Part shown: positions 45,710 to 54,062 of the stretch, in pieces | Layout: every line of letters begins with the position of its first letter | Position numbering within the stretch: the stretch's first letter is position 1 | Assembly (NCBI GenBank): GCA_041671125.1 | Contig: JBAZCA010000001.1 | Span: forward strand, 8,120 to 72,119 | DNA from: Patescibacteria group bacterium | GTDB taxonomy: Bacteria; Patescibacteriota; Patescibacteriia; Patescibacteriales; JBAZCA01 | Length of the DNA stretch: 64,000 nucleotides | Direction: 5' to 3' | Notes under the pieces: generated by a model | Told to the model about the DNA's origin: nothing | Database searches by the model: none | Seen by the model: only the letters and a program-made list of their open reading frames with translations | Translations under genes and position numbers: made by a program

Positions 45710-45759
45710 AGAAGTAAGAATTAAATGAATTTATTTAACTGTAGCCGATAACCAGGTTT

Positions 45760-45788
45760 TTGACAAGGTTTTAGGTTATTGATATAAT
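45760..45788 (+). promoter_or_regulatory. Perfect consensus sigma70 promoter
   Basis: TTGACA (45760-45765), a 17-nt spacer (aggttttaggttattga), then TATAAT (45783-45788), 30 nt upstream of ATG 45819. Confidence 0.7.
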
Positions 45789-45818
45789 AAGTGCATTATT
45801 TTTAATCTCCCATCTTCC

Positions 45819-46217
45819 ATGGATAATAATATTCAAAACAACGAAAACGATATTGACATCAACGCGCCTCTAACTTTTAAAAACCTGGTTGATTATACCG
45901 AGCAAATCCTTTTGCTGGCTGTAAATACGGTAATAAAGGAGGCGATAAAAGAAGTTAGAGAAGAAATGGCGACTAAGGAAGAGTTGAAAAAAATGAGAAC
46001 CGAGATGGCGACTAAGGAAGATATAAAAGGACTAAGGGAAGAGATGGTAACCAAAGAATACGTAGATAAACTCATTATCAAGGAAGATCAAATAACCGGA
46101 TTACTGAAAAATAACGAAGCCGAGCTTGCCGCTTCCCGCGGCGCGCGCCTAAGACAGCAGGATGAAATTGACGACCATGAAATCAGAATAAAAACGCTGG
46201 AAAGAGCTCCGGCTTAA
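45819..46217 (+). CDS. Small coiled-coil protein with three 13-aa tandem repeats
   Basis: REEMATKEELKKM / RTEMATKEDIKGL / REEMVTKEYVDKL (45957-46073), with a charged helical remainder. It has a consensus promoter upstream and a terminator downstream. Confidence 0.7.
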   Translation: MDNNIQNNENDIDINAPLTFKNLVDYTEQILLLAVNTVIKEAIKEVREEMATKEELKKMRTEMATKEDIKGLREEMVTKEYVDKLIIKEDQITGLLKNNEAELAASRGARLRQQDEIDDHEIRIKTLERAPA

Positions 46218-46236
46218 ACGACAATTTTCATAAACC

Positions 46237-46268
46237 AAAACACCGCTCAAGATGGGCGGTGTTTTTTC
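46237..46268. terminator. Bidirectional terminator (coiled-coil gene / mnmA)
   Basis: aaaacaccgc tcaagatgg gcggtgtttttt forms an 8-bp stem flanked by an A-run and a T-run. Confidence 0.75.
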
Positions 46269-46280
46269 ATGGAACAATAT

Positions 46281-47405
46281 TTAAGAAATCTCCCCGCCGC
46301 CCAAAACCTCCCGACCTTTATAAAAAACAATGCTCTGACCCGGCGTTATGGCGCGCTGGGGTTTTTTAAATTTTACAATGTACGAGTTGCCTTTTCTTAT
46401 GACCTCGCATTTTATAGGCGCGTGGCGGTAGCGGATTACAACTTCGCATTTAAGCGGCATTTTCGGCGCGATACCCGTAATCCAGCTTACGCCTTTGGCG
46501 ATCAATCCATCCTGGAATAAAACCGGGTCGTCAAAATTTTTCACAACGTATAATATATTTTTTTTCATATCAAACCGGGCGGCGTAGTAAGGTCCTGTTC
46601 CGCCGATTCTTATTTCCCGGCGCTGGCCGATAGTATAGAGCGGCAGGCCCTGATGCTCCACTAAATTCTTACCGGACGTGAGCCGGACAGCTTTCCGTTC
46701 TCCTGTTTTTTCGTCAATCTCCTTTTCCAAAAGCATGATCGGCCCGGATTTTAGTTTCAGGTTTTTTCTTAAAAAATCGTTATGCTGAACCGCCTTGCCG
46801 TCGCAATATAAAAAACAAATATCCTGGCTTTCATTTTTCATATTCGGCAATCCGGCTTCTTCGGCGATTTTTTTTACTTCTTCCTTTAACATCCCGCCCA
46901 AAGGAAATATAACTTTAGCCAATTGATTTTGGGACAAGGTATATAAAAAATAACTTTGATCCTTTAAAACATCTTTCGCTTTTAACAGCTTAATCGGCTT
47001 CTTCAGCCTTACTTTTGATTTATTAATTGGCAATTGAATATAGTGTCCGGTGGCTAAAAAATCCCCGCCCAGTTTTTTTGCCGTCTTTAACAGCTCGCCG
47101 AATTTAATCCGCTGGTTGCATCGGACGCACGGGTTTGGAGTAATGCCGCGCTTATAGCTTTTAAGAAAATATCCGATAATCTCTTTCCTAAATTTTTTTT
47201 CCATGTCAATGGCATGGAATTTTATGCCCAGTTTTTTTGCCACTTCTTCGGCCGCCAGGAGCGAGCCCGAATCAGCGCCCGGCAGTTTCATGTAAAGCCC
47301 CTCCACGTTAAAGCCGGCCTTTTTTAAAAAAAGAGCGGAAACCGATGAGTCCACTCCTCCTGACATAGCGACAATAATTTTCTTTGCTTTTTTATTTTTA
47401 TCCAT
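46281..47405 (-). CDS. mnmA: tRNA 2-thiouridine(34) synthase MnmA
   Basis: It has the PP-loop IVAMSGGVDSSVSA, plus NPCVRCNQRIKF, ATGHY and DQSYFLY. Confidence 0.92.
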   Translation of the reverse strand: MDKNKKAKKIIVAMSGGVDSSVSALFLKKAGFNVEGLYMKLPGADSGSLLAAEEVAKKLGIKFHAIDMEKKFRKEIIGYFLKSYKRGITPNPCVRCNQRIKFGELLKTAKKLGGDFLATGHYIQLPINKSKVRLKKPIKLLKAKDVLKDQSYFLYTLSQNQLAKVIFPLGGMLKEEVKKIAEEAGLPNMKNESQDICFLYCDGKAVQHNDFLRKNLKLKSGPIMLLEKEIDEKTGERKAVRLTSGKNLVEHQGLPLYTIGQRREIRIGGTGPYYAARFDMKKNILYVVKNFDDPVLFQDGLIAKGVSWITGIAPKMPLKCEVVIRYRHAPIKCEVIRKGNSYIVKFKKPQRAITPGQSIVFYKGREVLGGGEIS

Positions 47406-47445
47406 AGAATAAGTAAACCGAGATTGGCGTAAACTAATTGATAAT

Positions 47446-48726
47446 TTAATCCCACTCCCCTCCCTGCCTGACTAAAAGTTCTTCGGCGCGCAACGGATCG
47501 GCCATTATCTCTTTGACGATTTTTTCCATCCTCGCGCCCTGCGACCCTTTTATAAGAATTATGTCTCCTTTTTTAATCCGATCTTCAATAAATTTTCCGG
47601 CGGCTGAATTTTCATCAAAATTATAAATCCGGTCTTCGTCCAGGCCCGCTTCCTTCGCGCCGCGCGCGATTTCCCGCGCCCTTTCGCCAACGGTAACGAG
47701 ATGGTCAATATCCAATTCCGCCGCCCGCGCCCCGACTTCCCTGTGTCCGGCGGAAGTATAACTGCCAAGCTCAAGCATCTCGCCGAAAACCGCCCATTTT
47801 CCGCCTCCGGCCGCCTCAAGGTTTTTTAATACATCCAGCGCGTTTAGGCAAGCCTGCGGGGACGCGTTATAGCTGTCGTCAATAATTAAAGTCCCTTTGA
47901 CGCCGGGAATAAGGTTTAGCCTCCCTTTGGGGTTTTTAAAATTTTTCAAAGCGCCGGAAATCTCTATGAGATTCATCCCGTAAATTATCCCGACTGCCGC
48001 TCCGGCCAGGCTCGCGTAAACCGAAGATAAGCTCACCACTCCGGGCAGGGTTACCGGAACAACCGCGCCTTTATAGCGCATCTTAAAACTTACGCCCCAG
48101 CCGCTATCCATTTTAATAATCCCGGCCTCCGAAGCTTCCAGGTCGGCTTTTTGGCCATCATGCCCGAGGCTGTAAGAAATATAATTTATTTTTAAATCTT
48201 TCGCTATATCCCTGATCCGCTCATCATCGTAATTCAGGACTGCCCAGCCGGACTTTTTCAATTCTTTTACCAGCAAGGCTTTTTCTTTTTTTATTTTTTC
48301 CACGGTTTTAAAAGCCGCCAGGTGCGCTTCGCCGACGCGGGTGATTATCCCAATCTTGCATTGGACAATTTTAAGGAGATACCCGATGTCGCCCGGTTTG
48401 TCGGCGCCCATTTCCAGGATGAGGATTTTCGGATAATTCGGATCATGTTTAAAAACAAGCCCAAGGCCTTTAATAAACGTTTGCATCCAGCCGAATAAAT
48501 TCTTCCCTCGCGCCTCTTCGCCTATGATGGTAAGCGGCAGGCCGATCTCATTATTATAATTTTTTATGCTTTGCCGGACATCGTGCTTTTCTTTCAAAAC
48601 CGCGTAAACCGCCTCCCGGGCGCTCGTCTTCCCGACGCTCCCGGTAATCCCAATCACCTCGGGACGGTATTTTTGGTAAATACTGCGAGCGATTATTTTA
48701 AGAATATACTGAATTATAGCCTTCAT
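47446..48726 (-). CDS. murF: UDP-N-acetylmuramoyl-tripeptide--D-alanyl-D-alanine ligase
   Basis: It has the GITGSVGKTS P-loop, LEMGA, the IIDDSYNASP-type motif (LIIDDSYNASP), and a Mur ligase C-terminal domain. Confidence 0.88.
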   Translation of the reverse strand: MKAIIQYILKIIARSIYQKYRPEVIGITGSVGKTSAREAVYAVLKEKHDVRQSIKNYNNEIGLPLTIIGEEARGKNLFGWMQTFIKGLGLVFKHDPNYPKILILEMGADKPGDIGYLLKIVQCKIGIITRVGEAHLAAFKTVEKIKKEKALLVKELKKSGWAVLNYDDERIRDIAKDLKINYISYSLGHDGQKADLEASEAGIIKMDSGWGVSFKMRYKGAVVPVTLPGVVSLSSVYASLAGAAVGIIYGMNLIEISGALKNFKNPKGRLNLIPGVKGTLIIDDSYNASPQACLNALDVLKNLEAAGGGKWAVFGEMLELGSYTSAGHREVGARAAELDIDHLVTVGERAREIARGAKEAGLDEDRIYNFDENSAAGKFIEDRIKKGDIILIKGSQGARMEKIVKEIMADPLRAEELLVRQGGEWD

Positions 48727-48754
48727 AATAAATAAAAGTTAAGTTGTGAATTAC

Positions 48755-48859
48755 CAATGATCAATGATCAATTTTCAATGAATTTTCAATGATTCAATGA
48801 TAAAATTTTCAAACGTTTGGAAATTGAAAATTGATTAATTGAAAATTCATTGATCATTG
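48755..48859. repeat. About 105-nt imperfect palindrome of CAATGAT/AATTTTC units in the ftsI-murF gap
   Basis: caatgatcaatga (48755-48767) pairs perfectly with tcattgatcattg (48847-48859). Internally, aattttcaat pairs with attgaaaatt. The centre is aaacgttt. Confidence 0.85.
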
Positions 48860-48879
48860 TAAATTGATAATTGATAATT

Positions 48880-50904
48880 TTATTTAACTTCTCTTACTGT
48901 CGGCACTTTATAATAATGTAAAATATACTCGGCAATCTCCCCGAATAAGGGCGCGGCCGACGACTCGGCCCATTCTACGTCTCGCGGATGATCTATCTTA
49001 ACTATCATGACGAATTTCGGCTCATCAGCCGGAGCATAACCCGCAAAAGAGCCTACATGCGAATTGGCTTCATACCCGCGCCCGTCGCTTCTCGGAACCT
49101 GGGCGGTTCCTGTTTTACCGGCCACCCAGTAGCCCTTTACCCCGGCCTGTTTACCGTGGCCGTTTTCCACAACATTCACCATCATCCCGCCAAGAAGAGC
49201 CGCCGCCCGTTCAGAAATAACCCGGCGGATTTCTTTGGCTCCGGCGGCTATTCTTTCCCCATTTGGCCGGATTACTTCTTCAACAATGTAAGGCTTCATT
49301 AAGACGCCCCCGTTGGCGATCGCGGCGTATGCCGCGACCATCTGAAGAGGAGTAACGCTTATTCCCTGGCCAAAAGAGGCGGTAGCCGCGTAGAGCTCTT
49401 TGTTTTCTTTTAAGACCAGATTACCGATTTCGCCTTTTCCTTCCGCCGACAGCTCAATGCCGGTCCGCTCGCCAAAACCAAAATTTTTAACATAATCGGC
49501 AAAAACCCCAGGCCCGGTTTTTCTCATAACAAATATTACGCCGGTGTTTAATGATTGTTCAAGCACTGTATTCATGGTACATTCTCCATGGGCTTTCAAA
49601 TCCGAATTTTTTATTTCATAATTAGCAATTTTTACCACTCCCGAGTCAATATAAGTCGTCTCCGGAGTTATTTTTTTCTGATCCAGACCGGCAGCCATAG
49701 TAATTACCTTAAAAATTGAACCCGGCTCATAAAGGCCAAAAACACCGGAATTGTTATAATATTTTATGTCGCTTATTTCTTTATAGTTGTTAGGATCAAA
49801 ATCCGGGGAAGAACACATAGCGATTACCCGGCCGGTTTCCGGCTCAATAATTATCACCGAGCCTCCGTCGGCACCGTGGCGCGCCACTGCGGCGTTTAAT
49901 TTATCGCAGGCGGCAAACTGGATATTACGGTCAATAGTTAAAACCAAGTCGGCCCCCGGTTCCGGGCGGGTGAATTCCCGGTCATTAATGATTATAAGGT
50001 CGCCTGAAGCGTCCCGTTCCGTTTTTAGCGATCCTGGCTTTCCGGAAAGCTCTTCGTTAAAAAACTCCTCTAGCCCGTAACGGCCTTCTTTTTTTTTCCC
50101 TTCATAACCGACAAAGCCGAGAATATTCGCGCCCGTGTTTCCTTCCGGGTAATAACGGAATGTTTCCATTGCATGCCCGAATCCCGGAAGAGAAAATTCC
50201 GACTCCTTTTTATCGACGGCGATATAAACCTTATTATTTTTTATTTTAAGCTTGTCATCGCCCATATCCAACCCATCGCTCCGCGCCAGAGCGAGGTAAA
50301 TCTTTATAAGATCTTCTTCTTCTACTTTGTTTTTAATCGGTTCATAAGGATCATTTTCTTTTTCAAGAATTTTAGCGTAACTGGCGATCCCTTTTTTTGC
50401 GCGCTCTTCAAGTTCAAGGTCCCTTTTGATTCTTAAAAATTCCTCTTCGATTTTTTCTCCCGATTCTTCTTTCTCTTTTTTAAATTTTTTCGTAAGCTGG
50501 TCAGTTTTCTCTTCATCTTTTGCCCGGTCAAAATAATCATAAATTACTTTAGCTTTTTCCTCAACCTTATTCGCGGGGATTTCCGCCGGTTTGGCGTAAA
50601 AAAGGGCGAACTCCTTGTTAGTCGCCACCGGGTAAAGCTCTTTATTCCCGCCCTCTCCGCTGTCTTCTATAAAAATCCTTCCCCTATCCGGCTCCAGCTC
50701 GCGAAAAACTTCATGCTGACCGGCCGCCAAAGCCGAGTAATAATCTTTTTGTAAAACCTGGAGATAAAAAATTTTGTAGAGCAGGCCGCCGGCCAATAAA
50801 AAAATAATCGCCAGGAGAAAATTCGCGCGATTATTTTTTTCCGCCGTTCCTTTCCTGCACGAACGGATCATCCGTGAATTTTTGTTTTTCTTCCAGGGCT
50901 TCAT
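48880..50904 (-). CDS. ftsI: Class B penicillin-binding protein (FtsI/PBP2-type transpeptidase)
   Basis: It has an N-terminal TM anchor and the motifs SxxK (PGSIFKV), SxN (EQSLNTG) and KTGT (AGKTGTAQV). A Lys/Glu-rich insertion lies in the N-terminal domain. Confidence 0.88.
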   Translation of the reverse strand: MKPWKKNKNSRMIRSCRKGTAEKNNRANFLLAIIFLLAGGLLYKIFYLQVLQKDYYSALAAGQHEVFRELEPDRGRIFIEDSGEGGNKELYPVATNKEFALFYAKPAEIPANKVEEKAKVIYDYFDRAKDEEKTDQLTKKFKKEKEESGEKIEEEFLRIKRDLELEERAKKGIASYAKILEKENDPYEPIKNKVEEEDLIKIYLALARSDGLDMGDDKLKIKNNKVYIAVDKKESEFSLPGFGHAMETFRYYPEGNTGANILGFVGYEGKKKEGRYGLEEFFNEELSGKPGSLKTERDASGDLIIINDREFTRPEPGADLVLTIDRNIQFAACDKLNAAVARHGADGGSVIIIEPETGRVIAMCSSPDFDPNNYKEISDIKYYNNSGVFGLYEPGSIFKVITMAAGLDQKKITPETTYIDSGVVKIANYEIKNSDLKAHGECTMNTVLEQSLNTGVIFVMRKTGPGVFADYVKNFGFGERTGIELSAEGKGEIGNLVLKENKELYAATASFGQGISVTPLQMVAAYAAIANGGVLMKPYIVEEVIRPNGERIAAGAKEIRRVISERAAALLGGMMVNVVENGHGKQAGVKGYWVAGKTGTAQVPRSDGRGYEANSHVGSFAGYAPADEPKFVMIVKIDHPRDVEWAESSAAPLFGEIAEYILHYYKVPTVREVK

Positions 50905-51008
50905 GTTTTCATTTTGTTTTATTTTTTTATGTTAGCACGACAAGCGCAATATAAGTCAAAAGTTAAAAGTGCAAAGTTTAAAATTATTTTTGATACTTCA
51001 ACTTTTAA

Positions 51009-51338
51009 CTATCTCTTCGCCACTCCCATGGATGGGGCAATATAATCAATTTTATTAACCTTCACCAATCCCAGCCTCTTTACTTTTTCGTCAATTTTCG
51101 AATATGCCTGGAGTTTCATAATTTTTAATTCCAAGTCCGCGTTCTCGGCGCTAAGATCATTAATCTTCTTGTTTATTTCTCCGAGCTCAAAGCCTTTAAC
51201 TGAAAGCGAATTTACACCGAAAAGGAAAACTCCGAAACCCATAAAAATAAGAAAGAAGATAATCCTGTTTATAATCCGGAGGCTTAGGCCTTCTTTCATT
51301 TTCATGAACAGATCTTTTTTTTCTTTGAATGAAGACAT
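51009..51338 (-). CDS. ftsL: FtsL-like cell-division protein
   Basis: 109 aa with a single TM segment (IIFFLIFMGFGVFLFGV) followed by a coiled coil (INDLSAENADLELKIMKLQ). It sits between rsmH and ftsI. Confidence 0.6.
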   Translation of the reverse strand: MSSFKEKKDLFMKMKEGLSLRIINRIIFFLIFMGFGVFLFGVNSLSVKGFELGEINKKINDLSAENADLELKIMKLQAYSKIDEKVKRLGLVKVNKIDYIAPSMGVAKR

Positions 51339-51358
51339 AAAATAAAAATTTCCAATTT

Positions 51359-52318
51359 TTAATTTTTAATTTTTAATTTTTCCGCCGCTCTTAGCTTAGC
51401 GCTTCGGGCGCGCGGATTATTTTTAATCTCTTCGTTCGACGGGACAATGACTTTTTTAGTAAGTATTTTTAAATCGGCTTTTTCGTTATCCTCTTTTTCG
51501 CCGTATTTTGACCGTTTTGAAACCTTTCCCGCGTTTTCCTTAAAAAACCTTTTTACTATCCGGTCTTCAAGGCTATGGTAGGAAATAACCACCAGCCTGC
51601 CGCCTTCCTTTAAAAGCGAAATTGCCTCGGGCAGGGCTTCGCTTAAAGCCCCCAGTTCATCATTTGTCGCGATGCGCAAAGCCTGAAAAGTTTTTGTCGC
51701 CGGATGAATTTTTCCTCTCCGGTAAAAGGCCGGCACTGCCGCGTTTATTATCTCAACCAATGCGCCGACGGTTTTTATTTTTTCTTTTTTTCTTTTCTCA
51801 GTAATCTTTTCGACAATCCGCCAGGCAAACCTTTCTTCGCCATATTCTTTAAATATCCGCGCCAGCTCATCCTTTGGCCGACTGTTGACTATGTTCTCCG
51901 CTGTCTCAAGCGTTTTGCCAAAAGCCATGTCTAGTCCAGCTTCAGCCATTTTAAAAGAAAAACCTCCGGTTTCACGCGCGAGCTGAGCGCTTGATAGACC
52001 AAGATCAAATACAATGCCGTCAAACTTAACGCCTGGCTCAGGGAAATTCTTTTTAATAATAATCGGTAAATTCCTGAAATTCGCATGAGATAAGAATGAA
52101 TTTTTAATTTTTAATTTTTCAATTTTTAATTTGGCGTTCTCTATGGCCAGCTCATCAGCGTCAATGGCCAGAACTTTTCCTTTTTCGCCAACCTTATCCG
52201 CGATAGCCCCCGTATATCCTCCTCCCCCCAAAGTGCAATCAATATAGTAACCGCCTTTTTTTATATTCAGGTATTCCAGCGCTTCGCTTAACATTACCGG
52301 CGTGTGATGATATTCCAT
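51359..52318 (-). CDS. rsmH: 16S rRNA (cytosine1402-N4)-methyltransferase RsmH/MraW
   Basis: HTPVMLSEALEYL..YIDCTLGGGGY..DLGLSSAQL..GFSF..LDMA..SYHSLEDRIVKRFF. It contains an in-frame AATTTTT array (52099-52134, LKIEKLKIKN) and a repeat-encoded C-terminus (KLKIKN*). Confidence 0.92.
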   Translation of the reverse strand: MEYHHTPVMLSEALEYLNIKKGGYYIDCTLGGGGYTGAIADKVGEKGKVLAIDADELAIENAKLKIEKLKIKNSFLSHANFRNLPIIIKKNFPEPGVKFDGIVFDLGLSSAQLARETGGFSFKMAEAGLDMAFGKTLETAENIVNSRPKDELARIFKEYGEERFAWRIVEKITEKRKKEKIKTVGALVEIINAAVPAFYRRGKIHPATKTFQALRIATNDELGALSEALPEAISLLKEGGRLVVISYHSLEDRIVKRFFKENAGKVSKRSKYGEKEDNEKADLKILTKKVIVPSNEEIKNNPRARSAKLRAAEKLKIKN

Positions 52319-52382
52319 TTAATTTTTAATTTTTAATTTTGTAATTTTTAAAAATTCAAAAATTATAAAATTAAAAATTCTC
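52319..52382. repeat. AATTTTT/AAAAATT-unit inverted repeat in the mraZ-rsmH gap
   Basis: aatttttaatttttaattttgtaattttt faces aaaaattcaaaaattataaaattaaaaatt. Confidence 0.85.
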
Positions 52383-52814
52383 TCATACTCCCAATTCTCC
52401 CATCGCCTCCGCGATATCGTTACTCGCCGCTTCAGTTCCCTTTTTAAATTTCTCCCAGGCTTCTTCATCCCAGATTTCCAGCCGGTCGTATAATCCGGCA
52501 ACTATGGCTTTCTTTTTCAGGCTCGCGTATTTTCTTAAGTATTCCGGCAGGACGATCCGGCCCTGCGAATCAAAATCAACATCCATGGCGCCGGCGAGCA
52601 TAAGGCGGGCAAAGGCTCTGGCTTTGGCCTGCGAAATCGGCAGAGCCGCCAATTTTTTCGCCAGTTCGGCCCAGGCGTCTTTCGGATAAAGGGAAAGCGA
52701 ATTATCCAGCCCCCGGGTAACGACCGCGCCTTTTTTCAATAGCGCCCTGAACTTAGCCGGTATGGCCATCCGTCCTTTGTCGTCTATGTTGTGGCTGTAT
52801 TCACCTATGAACAT
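52383..52814 (-). CDS. mraZ: Transcriptional regulator MraZ
   Basis: MFIGEYSHNIDDKGRMAIPAKFR.. and a second SpoVT-AbrB-like half, VDFDSQGRIVLPEYLR. The start is taken at ATG 52814; the 30 upstream codons of ORF 52904 are non-homologous. Confidence 0.9.
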   Translation of the reverse strand: MFIGEYSHNIDDKGRMAIPAKFRALLKKGAVVTRGLDNSLSLYPKDAWAELAKKLAALPISQAKARAFARLMLAGAMDVDFDSQGRIVLPEYLRKYASLKKKAIVAGLYDRLEIWDEEAWEKFKKGTEAASNDIAEAMGELGV

Positions 52815-52924
52815 AATTTGCGGGAGCCTGTCCCGAATCCGCCTTGGGCGGAGAGGGAAGCAAATTATCCCGAGCCGCAAGGCGAGGGATCTCTGCTTTC
52901 TCATCTTCCAATTTCACCTCAATT

Positions 52925-52996
52925 CCCCACTTTTCACCAACATGATTTTACTATACACCATAAAATGCCCCCGGTCAATCGTCTTGCCCCACTTTT
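52925..52996 (-). promoter_or_regulatory. Two identical AAAAGTGGGG boxes bracketing the mraZ promoter (candidate MraZ operators)
   Basis: On the minus strand, AAAAGTGGGG occurs at 52996-52987 (just upstream of the -35) and at 52934-52925 (downstream of the -10), 62 nt apart. Confidence 0.45.
52950..52978 (-). promoter_or_regulatory. Promoter of the mraZ/dcw operon
   Basis: The minus strand reads TTGACC (52978-52973), a 17-nt spacer ending in tg, then TATAGT (52955-52950). Confidence 0.65.
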
Positions 52997-53059
52997 TTTT
53001 CGTAACGATATTACGCTAATATTAATACAAATCCTTCAAATAAAAAAATTCCCTCCATA

Positions 53060-53146
53060 TTGTCCACAGAAGAAATTTTTTGTTTATTCAAATTTCCATT
53101 AATAACTGACGAGTTTATCCACAGAGTTATCAACAGTTGATACACA
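53060..53146 (+). promoter_or_regulatory. Cluster of four co-oriented DnaA-box-like 9-mers
   Basis: TTGTCCACA (53060), TTATCCACA (53115, perfect), TTATCAACA (53127) and TGATACACA (53138). The last three are spaced 12 and 11 nt apart. AT-rich sequence lies between the first and second boxes. Confidence 0.4.
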
Positions 53147-53151
53147 TAGCG

Positions 53152-53205
53152 CGTAACATAGAACATGAAACAAAATTTGTTATGCGTTTCATGTTATGTG
53201 TTACG
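53152..53205. repeat. GTTAYGT-family 20-bp inverted repeat overlapping the tsaB stop codon
   Basis: cgtaacatagaacatgaaac (53152-53171) pairs with gtttcatgttatgtgttacg (53186-53205), with 1 mismatch and 1 G:T pair. Confidence 0.8.
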
Positions 53206-53697
53206 TATCGTAATATTAGGTTCTTTATCATATTCTGGAGCAACAATATCAAAGTCAAATTTGGAATTTAGAATTTGCTTGCCCCTCGGAGCCTTGGCGA
53301 AGTGGGGGAATTTGGAATTTTTGCTTCCCGTCAGAACATTAATCATGCCATCTTCACTTATCCCCACGACAGGCACATTCAAAGCATATCCCAAAGCGTT
53401 CGCGGTCGCCACCCCAATCCGGAGCGAAGTAAATGTCCCGCCGCGATTTACGACTTCAATCATGGTTATAAAGCCGTAATTCTTAATTCTTAATTCATAA
53501 TTCTTCTTCTTTTTCGCGATTTCCGTTATTTTGCGCTTATAACTGTTTAAAACAGAATCAATGAGCGGTAACAACTTCTCCGCCTGCTGATATCGCGCTT
53601 TAATTATTTTTTTTACAATCACCTTCCCTACCGCGTCCAACAAAGCCGCTTCAATTTCGGTGGAATTATTTTTAATGGTGTTGATGCGGAGGATCAT
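53194..53697 (-). CDS. tsaB: tRNA threonylcarbamoyladenosine biosynthesis protein TsaB-like (short, N-terminal domain only)
   Basis: It begins MILRINT, contains QQAEKLLPLIDSVL, and has GGTFTSLRIGVATANALGYALNVPVVGIS (compare GPGSFTGLRIG..A.gLa..l.iP..gvs). An in-frame AATTCTT/AATTCAT array at 53478-53505 encodes KNYELRIKNYG. Confidence 0.7.
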   Translation of the reverse strand: MILRINTIKNNSTEIEAALLDAVGKVIVKKIIKARYQQAEKLLPLIDSVLNSYKRKITEIAKKKKNYELRIKNYGFITMIEVVNRGGTFTSLRIGVATANALGYALNVPVVGISEDGMINVLTGSKNSKFPHFAKAPRGKQILNSKFDFDIVAPEYDKEPNITIRNT

Positions 53698-53787
53698 ATA
53701 TTCTTTATATTTATTTTACGCTCATTCTACTAATTATGGTATATTTATTTTCTAAATTATACAAGCTATTTTTTCCCAAAAAAAACG

Positions 53788-53859
53788 ACCCTCCTGAGTT
53801 GTAAAGATGTCTTTGAATCCGGGGCTCCAGGATTCTCTGACTCTCAACTCAAGGAGGGT
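53788..53859 (-). terminator. 14-bp stem with a long loop and a T8 run on the minus strand; left boundary of the GC-rich island
   Basis: accctcctgagttg (53788-53801) pairs with caactcaaggagggt (53845-53859), with one bulge. On the minus strand it is followed by cgtttttttt (53787-53778). On the + strand the right arm contains an AAGGAGG sequence. Confidence 0.5.
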
Positions 53860-53864
53860 TTAAC

Positions 53865-53957
53865 ATGCCCTGTCCCTTTGGCTGGGGCTTGGCTCAAGGG
53901 CATCCACGCCGGACACCGCGGCCGCCAAAACGGACGAGGGCAACTGAAAAACTGTAA
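53865..53957 (+). CDS. Candidate 30-aa ORF with a strong Shine-Dalgarno sequence (MPCPFGWGLAQGHPRRTPRPPKRTRATEKL)
   Basis: AAGGAGGG lies 6 nt upstream of the ATG. The region is GC-rich and the ORF is convergent with the island gene. The SD may simply be the terminator stem, so support is low. Confidence 0.25.
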   Translation: MPCPFGWGLAQGHPRRTPRPPKRTRATEKL

Positions 53958-54062
53958 AAATGAACATTTCCGCCCCGACGGCAAGTCGGGTTGAGCCGCG
54001 GCCGGGTGGCCGGGCGTCAGCGTGGCAACATGCGGACGTTGCCGGCGGGGCGGGTGGGGGGG

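Noticed and set aside
52319-52501. 60-aa minus-strand ORF between rsmH and mraZ.
   Set aside because: It overlaps the mraZ 3' end out of frame and is otherwise encoded by the AATTTTT inverted repeat.
53060-53146. Calling the DnaA-box cluster the chromosomal replication origin.
   Set aside because: No dnaA or dnaN is adjacent, and gene orientation does not switch here, since minus-strand genes lie on both sides. It is kept only as a DnaA-box cluster of unknown role.
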